From assembly GCA_964016885.1 (NCBI GenBank), contig OZ024742.1:363010001-363074000 (forward strand): a DNA stretch of 64,000 nucleotides, given 5' to 3'. Position 1 is the stretch's first letter. Each line of letters opens with the position of its first letter. Source of the stretch: Eledone cirrhosa (Eukaryota). The translations under genes and the position numbers were made by a program. Positions 57,374 to 64,000 of the stretch are shown one piece after another. Below the pieces are notes generated by a model. That model was given only the letters and a program-made list of their open reading frames with translations, did no database searches and was not told where the DNA came from.

Positions 57374-57908
57374 GGGTGGGACCAATCTAGTTGACCACGG
57401 AGTCCATTGTCATGATCAAACCCCCACCCTCCTTCAAAAACGAGGGAGAGGCGGTTTTCCTATGTGTTATGGCTATGGTGAAAGAAGTTATATGGTGGAC
57501 GAGGTTAAAAGGGCTGAGGTCAGAACCTTTCTCGCCGGCGAGCAACTGATTCGTTTTTTCAAATATCATTTTGGAAGAAGAATCAGGATGGAGAGAGAGG
57601 TACTCTACCCCAGCAAATTTGATAAAAGGTGGGTGAATGTGGCAAAGATGGCCCGAGTGGTTGGGCCTTCTCTGTATATAAGCCTGTAGGTTGAGGAAAC
57701 AGAGGGAGAGAGGAAGGGAGTACTCACTCTTGGTGCTCCTGGAGATGAGGGGTGTGTACAACCCCTGTGTAACGCCTCCCCCCCCCCTATTGGGGATATC
57801 AATTGTTATTTGTTATTTTATTAATAGTTTTATTTTCATATACCTGTATGTAAACTCCCCATTTGTATTTGTCCCCTTCTTTTGTGCCCTTGTGGCTAAT
57901 ACAGAAAT
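57374..57908 (+). mobile_element. Tx1-type LINE 3' fragment, third subfamily
   Basis: Encodes FFKYHFGRRIRMEREVLYPSKF; preceded by TATCTATCTATCT and followed by TATCT-(CT)n. Confidence 0.88.
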
Positions 57909-57909
57909 G

Positions 57910-58061
<152 letters not shown>

Positions 58062-58105
58062 AAGGAAAGGACGATTTTTTTATGTCTTCATTATGTTTAT
58101 TGCGT

Positions 58106-58190
58106 AGTGACGCGCGTTTCGCTATTGATCAGCTCAAGGTTCGATCTGTATCGATCTAGCTCGATTCTGGAATCAAAAGCTCGTCGGACC
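58106..58190 (-). ncRNA. Type I hammerhead candidate, CCGACGA core (family E)
   Basis: GGT-CCGACGA-GCTTTTGAT...ATCAATAGC-GAAAC GCGC GTC-ACT; palindromic stem III. Confidence 0.6.
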
Positions 58191-58339
58191 TCTGCTGTGA
58201 TAATGACCACAGCTGAACAATAACGAAACCCTTTCCTCATTACTCAATAAACGAAATGAAGACATAACTTATCGTCATTTTATTATTCTGCTTAGTTCTA
58301 CACCTCTTTACAGACTGGAAACTACGTATTGAGTGCTCA

Positions 58340-58572
58340 CTATTTTGCTTTAAAATTTGAACGAAATCGGTGGCAAAACGTGGGAGCTAGAGCCAAAAAT
58401 CTTATTTTTATCTGTAGAATGACCCCGGAATAAAAAAAAAACGATACGCTGATATATAGAAAACACTCCTCGATGACTAATCTATGAGCCTGTAAAGTTT
58501 CATGAAAATCGGTCGTAAGATGTAGGCCCCTATAGGTAATACACACACACACATACTTAATTTTATATATAT
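58340..58572 (-). mobile_element. Probable 5' end of a non-autonomous Helitron
   Basis: TATATATAAAA..(TG)n..ACCGATTTTCATGAAACTT, a layout common in such elements; no 3' CTAG hairpin recognised. Confidence 0.45.
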
Positions 58573-58607
58573 ACAGATATATATATATATATAGATACAT
58601 ATAGATA

Positions 58608-58650
<43 letters not shown>

Positions 58651-58760
58651 ATGTATATGTATATTAATTCCCCTATTCCTGTCTCCGTTTATTCCGCTAT
58701 TTCACTATTCTAGAGATTTGTTCCTATAATTCCACGAAAACCACAGAAAACCTAAGTCTA

Positions 58761-59068
58761 CCTTTCCACCCTTCCCTCTCTCCATCCTTCCACCCTTCCA
58801 CCCTACCATCCTTCCCTCCCTCCATCATTCCCCCTCCCACACCCCTCCATCCTTCCACCCTCCCCTCCCTCCACCTTTACCTCCCCCAATTCTTCCACTC
58901 TTCCATCCTTCCACCGTTCCCTCCTTCCATCCTCCCCCCCACCCCCTCCCTCCACCTCTCATTCTTCCACTCTTCCATCCTTCCACCATTCCATCCTTCC
59001 ACCGTTCCCCCTTCCATCCTTCCACCCTCCCTCCTTCCACCCTTCCTTCCTTCCACCCTTCCTTCCTT
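58761..59068. repeat. Pyrimidine-rich low-complexity tract (CCTTCCA-like)
   Basis: Seen directly. Confidence 0.9.
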
Positions 59069-59179
59069 ACACTGCAACACTCAAATAAAATAACAAAAGA
59101 AATTCTTTCCTTCTACAAATTGTTCGCCATCGATTTTTCTACAATTCCCGACTTTCTATAGATTGTACTATCTTTACCT

Positions 59180-59492
59180 CTTCTTTATTCCGTTCTTCTT
59201 TTATTCTTTCATTCCGTTCTTCTTGTTCCTTCTTTTATTCTTTCATTCCGTTCTTCTTGTTCCTTCTTTTATTCTTTCATTCCGTTCTTCTTGTTCCTTC
59301 TTTTATTCTTTCATTCCGTTCTTCTTGTTCTTTCTTTTATTCTTTCATTCCGTTCTTCTTGTTCCTTCTTTTATTCTTTCATTCCGTTCTTCTTGTTCAT
59401 TCTTTTATTCTTTCATTCCGTTCTTGTTTCTTTCTTTATTCTTTCATTTCGGCCTTCATATTCCTTCTTTTAATCTTTCATTCCGTTCTTCA
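59180..59492. repeat. 34-bp minisatellite (TTATTCTTTCATTCCGTTCTTCTTGTTCCTTCTT)n
   Basis: Seen directly. Confidence 0.95.
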
Positions 59493-59510
59493 TTATTTCT
59501 TCACATTTCA

Positions 59511-59697
59511 GGGCAGTGGATTGGCAGTATCGGTTGAGGGTTGGACGCCATGCTTTGACGCATAGAGTTACGGCCCTTGCCAGTCTGAGTTCAAATCCCG
59601 CCGAGGTTAACTTTGCCTTTCATCCTTCCGAGGTCGATAACATAAAGTACCAGTAATGTACTGGATTATTGCTGGCCTTGTGCCAAAAGTAGAAAAT
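59511..59697 (+). mobile_element. SINE family A, full length
   Basis: A-box TGGCAGTATCGG, B-box GAGTTCAAATCC, core GCCTTTCATCCTTCCGAGGTCGATAA. Confidence 0.88.
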
Positions 59698-60091
59698 TAT
59701 TTCTTCACATTTCCTTTTTTTTTATTTTAACTCCATGTTTAATCTCAAATGTTTCTCATCTCCCTCCTCCTTCCCTATCTCTTCCCTCTCTCACTCTCTC
59801 TCTCTTCCTTCACCCTCTATCTCTCTCCCTCTCTCAATCATGCTATCCATCTCTCTCTCAATCACTCTCGCACCCTATCTCTTCCCACACTCTCTGTCTT
59901 CCTCTCTCTTTTTATCAAACACGCTATCCTCCTCTCTCTCGTCCCACTCTATCTCTCTCTCGCTCTCTCTCTCCCTCCTTAACTCTATTCATCTCTCTCT
60001 CTCTTTCCTCCCACACAATCTCTCTCTCACTTCCTTCTCTCTCCTCTTCATTCTCTGTATCACTTTCATGCTCTTTGTTCCTACTTCCTTA

Positions 60092-60141
<50 letters not shown>

Positions 60142-60242
60142 TCACACTGTCACTCTGTCTATCTCGCTTAATTTTTACGATCAATTATGCAATTCAAAAT
60201 ACTGCATTGTTATTGCTTAAGTTGCTTATACTATATATATAT

Positions 60243-60865
60243 ACTAGAGAGAAGGCTACGTTGGTATGGTCACGTGATGCGCATGAAGGACGATAGCTGT
60301 ATAACAAAGTGCAGGGCAATAAAGATAGACGGTAGCCACGGAATAGGCAGACCCAGAAAAACCTGGGACGAGCTGATAAACTCTGACCTCACACACTTAC
60401 ACCTCACCAAGACAATGTCACTGGACCGAGACCTTTGGCGGTACTCAGTAATAGAGAAGACCCGCCTTACCTAAATACAAAGTAAAACCTACTACAGTCA
60501 GTAGGCATCTCTAACAAAATACACCTCCGTCCCACCACCACCACCCCATCCACACCGCCCCCTTCTATGTAAAGTTATGTTGGTGCCACACCATCCAGGC
60601 CGAAACAAATGAGATCGTGTAGCTGTCACGACAAAAAAACACACAGTCCACGCTGTAATGTGGCCGTGTAGGCAACACGGTAAAATCCTCCCAGACCCAC
60701 ACTGTAAATGTGGTTGGTGTTAGGAAGGGCATCCAACTGTAGAAAACCTGCCAGACAGTCCTATGCGAGCAAGACAATCACTCTTGCCTCAAGTGGGAAT
60801 ACCCCCGTCCAAACCCATGCAAGCTTGGAACACGGACGTTAGACGTTGATGATGATGATGATGAT

Positions 60866-60868
<3 letters not shown>
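60243..60868 (+). mobile_element. RTE-clade LINE 3' fragment
   Basis: RRLRWYGHVMRM..GRPRKTW..DRDLWR, then 3' UTR and (GAT)n tail. Confidence 0.85.
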
Positions 60869-60901
<33 letters not shown>

Positions 60902-60971
60902 ACATTTACTCCTGCGTTTTTTTTGTTTTCTGTTATTCCGAACTATATATATTATATATACACACACATTC

Positions 60972-61067
<96 letters not shown>

Positions 61068-61457
61068 GAGAGCCGGAGAGGGAAAATTGTTATCAGAACA
61101 GAGATGTTTCTCTTTCCAGTTGTTTGCTCATCTTGTACTTGGGAAATGATGTTTTCTAGCTATCAGATATTTTACAATGTCTCCCTTCCTCTTTGCCAGA
61201 TTTCCAATAAAAAATAACAAAAATCATCTTACTATTCTTTATTTACTATTGTTGACATCATCGCTATTATTAAGGACAATGTTGATAGTGATGATTATGA
61301 TGATGAATATGGTTATAATGATGATATTTTATCTTGTTCTCAGCGGAATGTCAGAGGAAACTACTGTCTTTCAGAATGAGATTGGACAGAAAAATAATCC
61401 TACATATAAGCAAGGAATGCATTCACACGGTACTCTGGTAATATATGTGTAGCTAGA

Positions 61458-64000
61458 AAGACCTGCTAACTACACAGACCTGTTAACTACACAGCACTAC
61501 TAACTACACAGATTACTAACTACACAGACCTACTAACTACACAGACCTGCTAACTAGACAGATCTGCTAACTACACAGACCTGCTAACTACACAGATCTG
61601 CTAACTACACAGACCTACTAACTACACAGACCTACTAACTACAGAAAACCTACTAATTAGACAGACCTGCTAACTACACAGACCTAGTAACAACACAGAC
61701 CTACTAAATACACAGATCTACTAACTACACAGACCTGCTAACTACACATACCTGCTAACTACACAGACCTACTAACAACACAGACCTGCTAACTACACAG
61801 ATCTACTAACTACACAGAGCTGCTAACTACACGTACCTACTAACTACACAGACCTACTAACTACACAGACCCAGTAACTACTCAGACCTACTAACTACAC
61901 AGACCTACTAACTACACAGACCTACTAACTACACAGACCTACTAACTACTCAGACCTACTAACTACACAGATCTACTAACTACACAGAGCTGCTAACTAC
62001 ACGTACCTACTAACTACACAGACCTACTAACTACACAGACCTAGTAACTACTCAGACCTACTAACTACACAGACCTACTAACTACACAGACCTACTAACT
62101 ACACAGACCTACTAACTACGCAGACCTACTAACTACTCAGACCTACTAACTACACAGACCTACTAACTACACAGACCTACTAACTACTCAGACCTACTAA
62201 CTACACAGATCTACTAACTACACAGAGCTGCTAACTACACGTACCTACTAACTACACAGACTTACTAACTACACAGACCTAGTAAATACTCAGACCTACT
62301 AACTACACAGACCTACTAACTACACAGACCTACTAACTACTCAGACCTACTAACTACACAGACCTACTAACTACACAGATCTACTAACTACTCAGACCTA
62401 CTAACTACACAGACCTGCTAACTACACAGAACTGCTAACTACGCAGACATACTAACTAGACAGACATGCTAACTACCCAGACCTGCTAACTAGACAGATC
62501 TGCTAACTACACAGACCTGCTAACTACACAGATCTGCTAACTACACAGACCTACTAACTACACAGACCTACTAACTACACAGACCTACTAACTACACAGA
62601 CCTACTAACTACAGAAAACCTACTAATTAGACAGACCTGCTAACTACACAGACCTAGTAACAACACAGACCTACTAAATACACAGATCTACTAACTACAC
62701 AGACTTACTAACTACACAGACCTACTAACTACACAGACCTGCTAACTACATATACCTGCTAACTACACAGACCTACTAACTACACAGAGCTGCTAACTAC
62801 ACATACCTGCTAACTACACGGACATGCTAACTACACAGACCTACTAACTACACAGAGCTGCTAACTACACAGACCTGCTAACTACACAGACCTGCTAACT
62901 ACACAGACCTACTAACTACACAGACCTACTAACTACACAGAGCTGCTAACTACACATACCTGCTAACTACACAGACCTACTAACTACACAGAGCTGCTAA
63001 CTACACTTACTTGCTAACTACACAGACCTGCTAACTACACAGACATGCTAACTACACAGATCTACTAACTACACAGACCTACTAACTACACTGACCTACT
63101 AACTACGCAGACCTGCTAAGTAAACAGACCTACTAACTATACAGAGCTACTAACTACACAGATATACTTACTACACAGACCTACTAACTACACAGATCTA
63201 CTAACTACACAGACCTGCTAACTACACAGACCTGCTAACTACACAGATCTGCTATCTACACAGACCTACTAACTACACAGACCTAGTAACTACACAGACC
63301 TGCTAACTACACAGACCTACTAACTAGACAGACCTACTAACTACACAGACCTCCTAACTACACAGACCTGATAACTTCACATACCTACTAACTACACAGA
63401 CCTACTAACTACAAAGACCTGCTAACTACACAGACCTGCTAACTACACAGACCTACTAACTACACAGACCTAGTAACTACACAGTCCTACTAACTACACA
63501 GATCTACTAACTAAACAGACATACTAACTACACAGACCTGCTAACTACACAGACCTGCTAACAACCTGCTAACTACACAGACCTACTAACTACACAGAAC
63601 TACCAACTACACAGAGCTGCTAACTACACATACCTGCTAACTACACAGACCTACTGACTACACAGAGCTGCTAACTACACTTACTTGCTAACTACACAGA
63701 CCTGCTAACTACACAGACCTGCTAACTACACATACCTGCTAACTACACAGACCTACTAACTACACAGAGCTGCTAACTACACTTACATGCTAACTACACA
63801 GACCTGCTAACTACACAGACCTGCTAACTACACTTACTTGCTAACTACACAGACCTACTAACTACAGAGACCTACTAACTACACAGATCTATTAACTACA
63901 CAGACCTGCTAACTAAACAGACCTACTAACTATACAGACCTACTAACTACACAGATATACTTACTACACAGACCTACTAACTACACAGATCTACTAACTA
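61458..64000. repeat. 17-bp minisatellite (CTAACTACACAGACCTA)n, over 2.5 kb, runs off the window
   Basis: Seen directly. Confidence 0.97.

Noticed and set aside
59511-59605. tRNA gene (A and B boxes)
   Set aside because: No cloverleaf seen; continues into a dispersed SINE core found many times in the window.

Overview
Eukaryotic, AT-rich, transposon- and microsatellite-saturated DNA. The SINE and LINE repertoire suggests an octopus or other cephalopod (inference). No host gene, tRNA/rRNA gene or CRISPR array could be supported. Contents: a young CR1-type LINE 3' half; six Tx1/L1-type LINE copies or fragments, five abutting (ATCT)n or TATCT tracts; three coding families of Penelope-like elements (PLEs), two with a CxCx5Cx5C linker before GIY-YIG (Hydra-type) and one Neptune/Nematis-like; RTE-derived elements; two tRNA-type SINE families; hAT MITEs; Helitron pieces; and several minisatellites. 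The main hidden signal is RNA-level. About a dozen type I hammerhead ribozyme folds from at least five sequence families sit in PLE terminal repeats and in small non-coding elements in or near (TA)n. Several have non-canonical cores (U3-A8 covariation, U4A, U4C) or very long stem II insertions. The fold-back elements share an architecture: 3' ends face outward, and one arm stops at a fixed internal TA site. All folds were made by eye and none has been tested for activity.
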